Translations under genes and position numbers: made by a program
Notes under the pieces: model-generated
Told to the model about the DNA's origin: nothing
What the model saw: the letters and a program-made list of their open reading frames with translations, nothing else
The model's database searches: none
Shown: piece by piece, positions 44,477-53,999 of the stretch
Layout of the letters: each line of letters begins with the position of its first letter
How positions within the stretch are numbered: the stretch's first letter is position 1
Assembly (NCBI GenBank): GCA_963829015.1
Contig: CAWHGR010000005.1
Coordinates: 12,738-76,737 of the forward strand
Length of the DNA stretch: 64,000 nucleotides
Reading direction: 5' to 3'
From: an uncultured Planctomycetota bacterium
GTDB taxonomy: Bacteria; Planctomycetota; UBA1135; GCA-002686595

Positions 44477-45178
44477 ATGCCCGCCCCGGAACTCGACGAG
44501 GAATCGAAAGGCCTGCTGCGCCGCATCGTCGAGCGCCAGGCCTACCGCCAGATGATGATCGAGAAGATCCGCGGCCACGGGCTCAAGTTCGTGCCCGAGA
44601 TCGACGCGCAGATCCTGCTGGCGCAGGACATCGTCCACTCGCTGCGCGTGATGCAGCAGATCGAGTTCTGCTACGCGGAGATCGGCGGCGACGACCTCGT
44701 CACGGCCGTGCGCGACAAGATGGAGCGCATCCCGTATCCCGCCTCGCGCCTCGAGCTCGCGATCTGCCTGGCGCTGTGCGACCGCGCCGAGCGCGTCGCG
44801 GCCGAGAGCTACGTCGACAGCCGCTCGAGCGAGTTCGCCGCGATCGCGCTCTCGATCCTGGCCATGGACCGCACCAGCACGCGCCAGGGCGAGGAGCTCT
44901 TCAAGGGCTTCTGCGCCGAGTCCGGCAACCGCCACGCCGCGCAGCAGATGTTCCAGCGCTGGCTCTCGATCACGATCCAGGCCATGGGCCGGCCCGGCAC
45001 GCAGGGCGACGAGCGCGCGTTCGCGCTCGGACTGCGCCGGCAGAAGTGCGCCGACTCGCTGCGCATGTACGTCGAGGAGTTGAAGCCGCTGATGGCGAGC
45101 TGCCATCTCGTGCTGCCGAGCGCCGCGGCGATGGGCGTGGAGCTGCCGAAGGAGCTCGCGGGGCAGATGGGGAGCTGA
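44477..45178 (+). CDS. Hypothetical all-helical protein (possibly ferritin-like/PaaC-like; unverified)
   Basis: Intact 233-aa ORF with coding-like composition (LLRRIVERQAYRQMMIEKIRGHGLKFVPEIDAQILLAQDIVHSLRVMQQIEF...). No metal-ligand motif could be confirmed by eye. Confidence 0.35.
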   Translation: MPAPELDEESKGLLRRIVERQAYRQMMIEKIRGHGLKFVPEIDAQILLAQDIVHSLRVMQQIEFCYAEIGGDDLVTAVRDKMERIPYPASRLELAICLALCDRAERVAAESYVDSRSSEFAAIALSILAMDRTSTRQGEELFKGFCAESGNRHAAQQMFQRWLSITIQAMGRPGTQGDERAFALGLRRQKCADSLRMYVEELKPLMASCHLVLPSAAAMGVELPKELAGQMGS

Positions 45179-45181
45179 GGC

Positions 45182-48100
45182 TCAGGGCAGACGCACCTGC
45201 GTCCGCCCGTGCGCCGGGATCTCGACCTCGATGGGGGAGTCCGTCTTCCCCGCGACGATCACGCGCGCCTTCGCCGCGGGCAACGCATCGAGCGTCGCGT
45301 GTCCGCTTGCGTCGAGGATCGCGTGCATGGTCCAGAGTGCGCCGTTGGGGAGACCCGCATGCACCTGGATCGCGGCGCCCGGATTGCCCTCGACGTCGAG
45401 AGCTCCGAGTTCACACTCGAGCACCCAGCGCAGTCCATCGCTCGGGACGGTCAGGCGTGCCTCGATGCAATCATCCCGGTCGACCGTGCCTGGCGAGCGC
45501 AGCGAGAGGATCTGCGTGCCGAACGTGGCGGCCTGCAGACGAAAGCTGCTCTTCGCGGAGAGCAGAGTCGCCCTCTGGTAAGCATCCCACCAGCGATCCT
45601 CCGGCGCGAGCGTGGCCGTCCAAGACGGACAGGCATGGCCATCGAGCAACATCCGGCCTTCGAGGCAGCGCGACTCGGGCCCACGTACATCGAAGTCGCA
45701 GGAGCTCGTCTGGCTTGCCGTGACCTCGACGCGCTTCAGCAGGGAGTCCTCGATCTGCGTGCCTGCGGGCAGCAGTTGGGAAGAGTTGCTGGTGTCCGGC
45801 ATCACGCGCAGCCACCAGCTTCCCGGAGCCAGTCCATCGATGCTGTAGCTGCCATCGGGCGCGATGCGTTCGCAGCGCGGATTGTCGAGGCCGCAGGAGT
45901 ACAGCACCTGTGCTGCGCGCCCGCGCGTCTCGAGCGTTGTTTCCACATGTCCCTTGATGGACCCGGATGCGGCGACATCGATGACGAGGCCCTCGAGCGG
46001 GTGACCGACGGCGAGTTCGACAGGCTGCGTGAACACGACATTCCCCGTGCGGCCTTCGCCCCAGAGCATGAACCGCCCAGAGCCAGAGACCCCGATTGCG
46101 AAGCTCCCATCGTCCCGCACGCTGGCCCTCGTCCCAGGCTCGGCGAGTTGCGGCATCCCGTCATTGCGCAGACGAGGCTCGCCGAACGGGGCATCAAGGT
46201 GGACCACCAACCAGTTCTCCGGGCCTCCATTGCCGACGACGCGGCCACTCACCGAGGACGAGTCGGGCAGATGGAATGCGATCGTCGTGGGCACGTTCTC
46301 CTGCGTGAAGGGACCTTGCTCCTGCGCTGAGAAGCCGTCAGCCCCCACGCGTACCTTGAACGGTCTCGCTCGCGCAATCTGCGAGTACGTTCCGCCCGGC
46401 GCCGTGACCGTCCCCTCGAAGCCCGTGCCGTCCTCGGTATGCACCCCGAGCGAGTAGCGCTCGACTGGCGCGCCTGAAGGATCGTCGACGTGGACGTCGA
46501 AGCGGCGCGCGGGCGGCAGCTTGAGGACGAGTCCGAGTTCGCCCGGACGCACGCCGCGCAGCACGGCCTCGCCGGAGTCGCCGCCCGAGTCGCGCGCATA
46601 CAGCTCCACGAGCATCGCCGAACTGCCCACGAGCGTGAACGTCCCGTCCTTCTCGGCGCGCGTGCCGACGAACTCGTCCTCCGCGCCGAAGGTGTACTCG
46701 AGCTCCGCGTCCGCGCAGGGCTTCCCGTCTGCCGTGAGCACGGTACCGCGGATCGCAATGGCGCAGTCCTCGAGCACGAGGTCCGGCACGACGAACTGCT
46801 CTCCCGTCGAGAGCAGGAAGGGCTCGGCAAAAGCCCCTGAGCGCTTCTCGGCTGTCGCGTAGACCCGGAAGCAGCCCACGGGTACGCCAGGCATCGAGAA
46901 CGATCCATCGCTCGCGCACACCGCGCTGCGCAGCTGGGTCGAACGACTGAAGCTGCCGCGCTGTGCCTGAGCCCGCTCCTCGAGCGAGAGATCGGGGTAC
47001 ATCAGCTGCACCCTGGATTTCGCGAGCGGGGTCCCATCGCTGGCGATGCACCGCCCGGAAAGATCGGCGCCATCCTGAAGCACGACATCACCCAGAGCGC
47101 TCGGCTCTCCGAGCACGAGGGTCACAGCGACCTTGCGCGTAGCGTAGCCGCGGCACGAGAGCTCGAACTCGCCATCCCATGTGTTGGGCGGGAGGCCCGC
47201 GCGCTTCCCGCGCCGGCGCGAGCGGTCCGCATCGCGAATCGAGACCGAGGCTATCCCCGCGGCGTCGCTCAACGCCTGCGGCGCTTCCTCATCGGTGCAC
47301 TCGCGAATCGCTGAGCGGTCCGTCAGTTTCATCCGCGCCCCGCCGATGGCGACGCCGTGTGCGTCGAGGACGCGCGCAACCACGCGGGCGACGGGCTCCT
47401 CGCTCGCCGCGGACTTGATCGGATCCGCGGCGCTTGCAGGAGGATGGGCTTCCATGCGCTCCGAGTCCGACATCGGTGCGGAGAGCAGCCGCGCAGAGTC
47501 CTCGGCGAGCACAGGCTGGGAGTTGGCGAGCTCCTCGGGCGCATGCTGCGCACGGAGCACGGCATGGGCAGCAAAGCCCGCGAGACCGACGAGCGCGATG
47601 CCAGCAGCGAGCTTGACCCAGGTCGCGATCACGACTGCGGTAGCAGCAGCGGGCAATGCGCTGCTGTCGAGCCTTGCGAGAGGCGCGAGCACCATCGCCC
47701 AGGCCTGGCGATCCCCGCCGGCGCGCTCGTCGAGCTCGCGGCGCAGACACTCGAGCGCCTTCTGCAGTCGCGTGCGCACGGTGCTGTCCGGCACGCGCTC
47801 GCGCTCGGCGATCTGGCGCGAGTTCAAGCCGTGGAAGTAGCGACCGATGATCACGCGCCGCAGCGGCTCGTCGAGCGCTTCGATGGCCGCGACGAGGCGC
47901 CGCTGTGCGTCGAACGTCGGTCGCCGTGTCGATCCCCGCCGAATCATCTTCGCGGCGGCGCGTGAGAGTGCTCGCGCTCGCTTGCGTCGCTCTTCGCTGC
48001 GACGGCGGTTCGAGGCCGAGCTCTGCACGACGCGCGCCCACCACGCGCGCAGGCCGTCGCCGGCGGTCGGCGGGCGCTTCAGGGCCGCGACCCAGGCATC

Positions 48101-48235
48101 TTGCGCGACGTCGTCGGCCTCGTTGGGGTCGGAGAGCAGTGCGCGCGAGAGCATGCGCACCCAGTCCGCGTGCGCGAGCAGCTCGTCGGTGGTGGCCGGG
48201 CGGTTCCTGTCGGGGTCGGGTGTGCGCGAGTTCAT
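45182..48235 (-). CDS. ECF sigma-70 factor fused via one TM helix to a ~790-aa extracytoplasmic repeat domain (first ATG 48235; the open frame also begins at GTG 48247)
   Basis: Region 2: ADDVAQDAWVAALKRPP...LRAWWARVVQSSASNRRR. Region 4: LDEPLRRVIIGRYFHGLNSRQIAERERVPDSTVRTRLQKALECLRREL. TM helix: AAATAVVIATWVKLAAGIALVGLAGFAAHAVL. These are followed by repeated units such as IRGTVLTADGKPCADAELEY...KDGTFTLVG. There is no stop or frame break in 1021 codons. Confidence 0.8.
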   Translation of the reverse strand: MNSRTPDPDRNRPATTDELLAHADWVRMLSRALLSDPNEADDVAQDAWVAALKRPPTAGDGLRAWWARVVQSSASNRRRSEERRKRARALSRAAAKMIRRGSTRRPTFDAQRRLVAAIEALDEPLRRVIIGRYFHGLNSRQIAERERVPDSTVRTRLQKALECLRRELDERAGGDRQAWAMVLAPLARLDSSALPAAATAVVIATWVKLAAGIALVGLAGFAAHAVLRAQHAPEELANSQPVLAEDSARLLSAPMSDSERMEAHPPASAADPIKSAASEEPVARVVARVLDAHGVAIGGARMKLTDRSAIRECTDEEAPQALSDAAGIASVSIRDADRSRRRGKRAGLPPNTWDGEFELSCRGYATRKVAVTLVLGEPSALGDVVLQDGADLSGRCIASDGTPLAKSRVQLMYPDLSLEERAQAQRGSFSRSTQLRSAVCASDGSFSMPGVPVGCFRVYATAEKRSGAFAEPFLLSTGEQFVVPDLVLEDCAIAIRGTVLTADGKPCADAELEYTFGAEDEFVGTRAEKDGTFTLVGSSAMLVELYARDSGGDSGEAVLRGVRPGELGLVLKLPPARRFDVHVDDPSGAPVERYSLGVHTEDGTGFEGTVTAPGGTYSQIARARPFKVRVGADGFSAQEQGPFTQENVPTTIAFHLPDSSSVSGRVVGNGGPENWLVVHLDAPFGEPRLRNDGMPQLAEPGTRASVRDDGSFAIGVSGSGRFMLWGEGRTGNVVFTQPVELAVGHPLEGLVIDVAASGSIKGHVETTLETRGRAAQVLYSCGLDNPRCERIAPDGSYSIDGLAPGSWWLRVMPDTSNSSQLLPAGTQIEDSLLKRVEVTASQTSSCDFDVRGPESRCLEGRMLLDGHACPSWTATLAPEDRWWDAYQRATLLSAKSSFRLQAATFGTQILSLRSPGTVDRDDCIEARLTVPSDGLRWVLECELGALDVEGNPGAAIQVHAGLPNGALWTMHAILDASGHATLDALPAAKARVIVAGKTDSPIEVEIPAHGRTQVRLP

Positions 48236-48315
48236 GTCGGAGTCCACACCGCTCGGAGCCCGACTGTCGGCGGAAAGGCGCGAATCCGCAAGGCGGGACC
48301 GCGCCTGGCACTGGG

Positions 48316-48324
48316 TGCTAGAGT
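48316..48324 (+). promoter_or_regulatory. Extended -10-like element TGcTAGAGT, 9 nt upstream of ATG 48334 (leaderless-type spacing)
   Basis: Read directly from the sequence. No Shine-Dalgarno sequence fits in the 9-nt gap. Confidence 0.35.
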
Positions 48325-48333
48325 GGTCGGAGC

Positions 48334-49530
48334 ATGACCTTCGACCCCGAACGCTTCCGCGCGAGCTTCCCGATCGTCGAGGACACGACCTACCTCGTCA
48401 ACCACTCGCTCGGCGCGATGCCGGCGAGCGTGCCGGACAAGCTGCGCGAGTTCGCGGAGCAGTGGGCCACGCGCGGCGTGCGCGCCTGGGGCGAGGGCTG
48501 GTGGAGCGCGCCGGTCGACGTCGGCAACGTGCTGGCGAAGATCGCCAACGCGCCGACGGACTCGATCGCGATGCACCCGAACGTCTCGACGGTGCAGTCG
48601 GTGATCGCCTCGCGCGCTCGACTTCTCGAAGAAGCGCAACAAGGTCGTCTACACGGACCTCGAGTTCCCGACGAACATGTACGTCTGGGAGGGGCAGCGG
48701 CGCTTCGGCGCGCGCATCGAGTGCGTGAAGACGGACGGCGTGAGCGTCGACCACGAGCGGCTGCTCGCGGCGATCGACGAGGAGACGCTGATCGTTCCGC
48801 TGTCGCACGTGTGCTTCAAGAGCCACTTCCTGGTCGACGCGCAAGGCGGTGTGCGACAAGGCGCGCGCGGTCGGCGCGCTGGTGCTGCTCGACACGTACC
48901 AGTCGCTCGGCACCGTGCCGGTCGACGTGCAGGCGCTGGGCGTGGACATGATCTGCGGCGGCTCGGTCAAGTGGCTCTGCGGCGGGCCGGGTGCGGGCTA
49001 CCTCGTACGTGCGGCCCGATCTGCAGGACAAGCTCGAGCCGCGCATCACCGGCTGGGCCGCGCACGCGGCACCGTTCGCGTTCGAGACGGGCCCGCAGCG
49101 CTATGCCAAGGGCATCCGGCGTTTCCTGAACGGCTCGCCCGCGGTGCCGAGCCTGCTCGCGGCGACGGCAGGATACGAGATGGTGCTCGAGGCCGGCGTG
49201 CAGAACATCCGCGCGCACTCGACGAAGCTCACGGAGAAGCTGCGCGCGGACATGCTCGCGCGCGGCTTCACGATCAACAGCCCGGTCGATCCCAAGCAGC
49301 GCGGCGGCACGCTCACGGTCGGTCTCGCGGAGGACGAGCAGGGTCCGGCCTGGGTCAAGGCGCTCGAGGCGCGCGGGATCCTGGTCGATCATCGGCCGAA
49401 TGCGGGCATTCGCGTCTCGCCGCACTTCTACACGCTCGAGGACGAGCTCGAGGAGTTCGCCGAGGTGATGAGCGAGCTGCGCGCGAAGCGCAAGTGGCGC
49501 GAGTTCGTCAGCAGCCACGCGGCGTACTGA
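48334..49530 (+). pseudogene. Class-V PLP-dependent enzyme, kynureninase-like; three frame shifts (about 48610, 48845, 49005)
   Basis: YLVNHSLGAMPASVPDKLREFAEQWATRGVRAW...DSIAMHPNVSTVQSV; VVYTDLEFPTNMYVW...; LLDTYQSLGTVPVDVQALGVDMICGGSVKWLCGGPGAGYL (PLP-Lys context like kynureninase S-x-K-x-L-x-GGPG); ITGWAAHAAPFAFE...GTLTV...IRVSPHFYT. Confidence 0.7.
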
Positions 49531-49569
49531 GCGGGAATCCGCCCGGAATCGACAGTCCGAGCGCGCTCC

Positions 49570-49578
49570 TGGTATCGT
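49570..49578 (+). promoter_or_regulatory. Extended -10-like element TGgTATCGT, 10 nt upstream of ATG 49589
   Basis: Read directly from the sequence. Same spacing class as the elements at 44082 and 48316. Confidence 0.3.
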
Positions 49579-49588
49579 GGGGTTCCCC

Positions 49589-50461
49589 ATGACGACCAAG
49601 TCGCTCACCCTGTTCGATCTCGCGCCCGGCAAGGACCTGCTCGGGCAATACACCATCCGCCGTGCGCACCGCCAGGGCGGGATGTCGACCACCTTCGAGG
49701 TCGAGGACAAGAAGCGCAAGTCGGCCTGCGAGGTGCAGGTCTTCCCCGCGGCGCTGTTCGAGAGCGCGCAGCAGGCGCGCGAGTTCGCCGACAGCCTCGC
49801 GGCCTGGACGCGCGTGGAATCCAAGCACGTGCTCGCGTCCTTCGACGTGCACGTGCTCGAGGACGGCTCGATCCTGTACGTGACGGACATGCCGATCGGC
49901 AGCTCGCTGCGCGAGTGGCTGCGCGCGCACCCGGTCAGCTCGCCCGCGACCGTGATCGACATCGGCTGCCAGCTGCTCGAGGGGCTCAGCGCGGTGCACG
50001 CCGCGGGTCTCGTGCACGGCGACATCAAGCCGCACACGATCCAGATCGAGGACGGCAAGAAGCTGTGCCTCGTGCTGGCCGACGGCGGCATCACGCCCGG
50101 CCTGTGGACGGCCAAGCACCTGGGCGACAAGACGGCGCTGATCGGCACGCCCTTCTACGCGCCGATCGAGCAGTTCGGCGGCGAGTCGCCCAACGTGCAG
50201 TCGGACATCTACAACGTCGCCACGGTGCTCTTCGAGGCCGCGACGGGCACGATCCCCTGGAAGGGCAAGAGCTTCATCGAGGTCTTCCAGTCCAAGCTCG
50301 ACAAGCGCCCGCCGGCGATGAAGTCGCGCGCGCCCAAGGTGGACGTGCCGCCCGAGCTCGAGGACGTGATCGCCGGCGGATTGATGGCCGACAAGAGCGA
50401 GCGCTACGCCACGGCCGACGAGTTCCGCAAGCAGCTGCTGGCGGTGAAGAAGGGGACCTGA
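49589..50461 (+). CDS. Stand-alone Hanks-type Ser/Thr kinase-like protein with degenerate catalytic motifs
   Basis: The kinase fold is recognisable: HAAGLVHGDIKPHTIQI (HRDLKPxN-like), LADGGI in place of DFG, GTPFYAPIEQ (APE-like), SDIYNVATVLFEAATG and ERYATADEF. The beta3 VAIK position reads CEVQVF, so the Lys is absent. Confidence 0.7.
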   Translation: MTTKSLTLFDLAPGKDLLGQYTIRRAHRQGGMSTTFEVEDKKRKSACEVQVFPAALFESAQQAREFADSLAAWTRVESKHVLASFDVHVLEDGSILYVTDMPIGSSLREWLRAHPVSSPATVIDIGCQLLEGLSAVHAAGLVHGDIKPHTIQIEDGKKLCLVLADGGITPGLWTAKHLGDKTALIGTPFYAPIEQFGGESPNVQSDIYNVATVLFEAATGTIPWKGKSFIEVFQSKLDKRPPAMKSRAPKVDVPPELEDVIAGGLMADKSERYATADEFRKQLLAVKKGT

Positions 50462-50489
50462 GCGACGCTCGCGCTGCGCGGCCCCCGCC

Positions 50490-52001
50490 TCAGCGGCTGG
50501 GCGCGACGAGCTGAGCGAGGTGGCGCTGTTGCGCCTCGTTCGCGTCCGCCCGCACGACGAGGTACCAGGCGCGCTGCGGATCCTGCGCACCCGGCTCATC
50601 GAAGCGCAGGCCGAACCATTCGAGCGCCTCGGTGTAGTCGAGCTCGTGCGTGGTCTCGAGCAGCTCGTGGAAGTAGTCCGCCAGGTCCGCGCCCGCGATC
50701 TCGGATGCGCAGGCCAGGAACTGCGCCGGCGTGAAGCCCTTCGCGCCGCTGTAGCGCGCGTAGGCGAGTCGCAGCACGTTGTCGAGGCTCTTCTTCTCCT
50801 GGGTCAGCCGCCGGATGCGCGCGTCGAGCAGGAAGCCGACCACCGGCCCCTTCTCGTAGTAGCTGATCGTGGTCTTCGGATCGCCGCCGACGCCGGAGCT
50901 CGAGGTCCTGCCCGCCGTGAGCGAGGCCTCGGCCAGCGTCTGCACCAGCCGGCCGGGCGTCGTCTGCACCGAGCGGATGTTGCCCGAGAGTCCGGCGAGA
51001 TGTTCCGCGAGCGTGCCCACACCCGAGCGCACGACCGCCAGGTCGCCGTAGTAGGTGGTCAGGCCTTCGGAGATCCACAAGCTCGGCGTGCTCGGGAGCC
51101 TCTCGTAGTCGAAGGGCCCGAGCTCGAGCGGGCGCAGGCGCTTGACGTTGATCGCATGGAAGTACTCGTGGCTGACGTACTTCCACCAGTCGAGCGAAGG
51201 CAGCGGCTCTCTCGGCGCGGGTGAGGAGGAGAGCAGCGTCGAATTCAAGTGCTCGAGGCCGCCCCAGCCGCCGCGCATGGCGTTGAGGAAGACGTAGCGC
51301 TTGAAGGGCAGCTCGCCCAGGAAGGCGCGCTGCTCGGCGACGATGCGCGCGAGCGTCGCGGCGACGGCCGCGCCGTCCCAGGCCCCGAGCGCGCCGAAGT
51401 CTGCCAGCACGTGCTTCGTGCCGCCGACCTCGAACTCGTGCAGGCTGAGCGTGCCGGCGACGACCGGCGAGTCGATCAGGACGTCGTAGTCGGGCGCGCG
51501 GTAGTGGTTCGGCTTGCCGTCCGGCGCCGGGTCGAGCGAGCTGATCGACTCCTTCCAGGCCGCGGGCAGCTCGAGGTCGAGCTCGTAACTGCAACCGTCG
51601 CGCTCCACGGGCGTGATGAACGTCGAGGGGCCGTTGATCACCGCGCAGTCCGTGCCCACCCAGCTGCCGGTGACGAAACGGCTCTGGCAATCGAGCTCGT
51701 ACTCGAGCACCACAGCAACCGCGCCCTGCGTCGCCACCACCCAGTGGTTCGACTTCCGATGCTCGACGGCGAGCGCCACGCCGGCATTCGTGTGCGCCGA
51801 GATGCGCTGGATGTCGCGCGCGTAATCGCCCAGCGCGTAGTAGCCCGGCGACCAGGCCGGCAGCATCAGCTCGAGGCTCGCGCGACCCGCGCACGGGATG
51901 CGCGCCTCGATCTGCGCCTGGTGCGTCTCGGGCGCCGGCGCTCGCAGCGTGTAGACGATCGGATCGGATGTGGCGAGTGCGAGAAGGAGATGCAGGAGCA
52001 T
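50490..52001 (-). CDS. M61 family (glycyl aminopeptidase-like) metallopeptidase
   Basis: LEHLNSTLL...SHEYFHAINVKRLRPLELGPFDY...LWISEGLTTYYGD is the HExxH plus downstream E pattern of M61. An N-terminal signal-like segment is present. Confidence 0.8.
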   Translation of the reverse strand: MLLHLLLALATSDPIVYTLRAPAPETHQAQIEARIPCAGRASLELMLPAWSPGYYALGDYARDIQRISAHTNAGVALAVEHRKSNHWVVATQGAVAVVLEYELDCQSRFVTGSWVGTDCAVINGPSTFITPVERDGCSYELDLELPAAWKESISSLDPAPDGKPNHYRAPDYDVLIDSPVVAGTLSLHEFEVGGTKHVLADFGALGAWDGAAVAATLARIVAEQRAFLGELPFKRYVFLNAMRGGWGGLEHLNSTLLSSSPAPREPLPSLDWWKYVSHEYFHAINVKRLRPLELGPFDYERLPSTPSLWISEGLTTYYGDLAVVRSGVGTLAEHLAGLSGNIRSVQTTPGRLVQTLAEASLTAGRTSSSGVGGDPKTTISYYEKGPVVGFLLDARIRRLTQEKKSLDNVLRLAYARYSGAKGFTPAQFLACASEIAGADLADYFHELLETTHELDYTEALEWFGLRFDEPGAQDPQRAWYLVVRADANEAQQRHLAQLVAPSR

Positions 52002-52055
52002 GCGCTCCCCATCCTATGGGTTGCACGGCGGCGCGCGAAGGCGGAGACTCCGCGC

Positions 52056-53033
<978 letters not shown>

Positions 53034-53498
53034 TCAGCCGTCCGGATCGGCCAGTGCGCAGGCGCGCACGGCGCGCTGGCCTTCGGCCTCGTCGACGAGC
53101 GTGAGCTTCGAGGCGAAGGTCCAGTAGCCCATCTCGCCCTCCTGTCGCACGAAGAGCAGACTGCCGGCACTGGCGCGGAAAGCCAGCTGCATGTCGGGAT
53201 CGCCGCGCGACTCGAGCGTGTGCGAACCCGGGGTCACCCAGCCGAAGAGATAGTCGCCGCCGCCGGTGCGACCGAAGGGATGCCCGTCGAGCACGAGCTC
53301 GAGTTCCAGCGAGCCCCCGCGCGCGCCCTCGCGGTACACGTACAGGCCGCACAGGTCCGGGCGCGTCTCGAAGGACTTGGCGCGCGCGTCGTCCTCGGCG
53401 CTGGCCAGCGGGACGTGCGTGCAGGCGCTGGCGAGGAAGGCCAGCGCCAGCGCGCAGAGGAAGCGCGGGCTCAGGGCGGCGACTCCGCGAGCTCGCAC
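53034..53498 (-). CDS. DUF2846-like lipoprotein (start inferred at GTG 53498, overlapping the upstream paralog by ~28 nt)
   Basis: Lipobox ALAFLASAC, then CGLYVYREGARGGSLELELVLDGHPFGRTGGGDYLFGWVTPGSHTLESRG...AGSLLFVRQE. It is homologous to the adjacent gene. Confidence 0.5.
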   Translation of the reverse strand: MRARGVAALSPRFLCALALAFLASACTHVPLASAEDDARAKSFETRPDLCGLYVYREGARGGSLELELVLDGHPFGRTGGGDYLFGWVTPGSHTLESRGDPDMQLAFRASAGSLLFVRQEGEMGYWTFASKLTLVDEAEGQRAVRACALADPDG

Positions 53499-53902
53499 TC
53501 GAGCACGCCGGCCTTGCCGCCGTTCAGTCCCATCAGGTGCAGCTGGCAGCCGGCCGACATGAAGCCCCACTTCACCTCCTGCCAGACGAAGAGCAGCTCG
53601 CCGCCCCTGGCGTCGAGCGTCAGCTGCGAGTCGTGCTCGGCCTTCGAGAGCAGCTTGTGCTCGCCCGGCTCGAGCCAGGTGAACAGGTAGGTCTGCGCCC
53701 CGGTCGCACCGAGCGACTTGCCGTCGAGCATGACTTGCATGCTCACCGCTCCGCCGAGCGACTCGTTGCGGTAGACGTAAAGGCCGCACTTGTCCGGCAG
53801 CGTCTCGAAGGTCTTCGCCTTCTTGTCGGCCTCCACGCTGGCCCTGGGAACGGAAGTACAGGAGCTCACGACGAGCGCGAGCAGGATGGCGAGGGACTTC
53901 AT
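53471..53902 (-). CDS. DUF2846-like lipoprotein
   Basis: MKSLAILLALVVSSC (lipobox), then CGLYVYRNESLGGAVSMQVMLDGKSLGATGAQTYLFTWLEPGEHKLLSKA...GGELLFVWQE. A GGAGA Shine-Dalgarno sequence lies upstream. Confidence 0.6.
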   Translation of the reverse strand: MKSLAILLALVVSSCTSVPRASVEADKKAKTFETLPDKCGLYVYRNESLGGAVSMQVMLDGKSLGATGAQTYLFTWLEPGEHKLLSKAEHDSQLTLDARGGELLFVWQEVKWGFMSAGCQLHLMGLNGGKAGVLECELAESPP

Positions 53903-53999
53903 GATGGTCTCCACTGCGGCGGGATGCCGCGGCGCGCATTGTCGCTTTCGCTCCCGGCTGCCGCAATCCGGCGCAGAGACTATCCTGGCGCAGAGATCC

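Noticed and set aside
48236-48333. ECF-type autoregulated promoter (GGAAC...N16-17...CGTC) upstream of the fused sigma gene
   Set aside because: Reading the reverse complement of the 98-bp divergent intergenic region, I found no GGAAC-like -35 paired with a CGTC-like -10 at suitable spacing. The only clear box there (TGcTAGAGT) faces the opposite gene.
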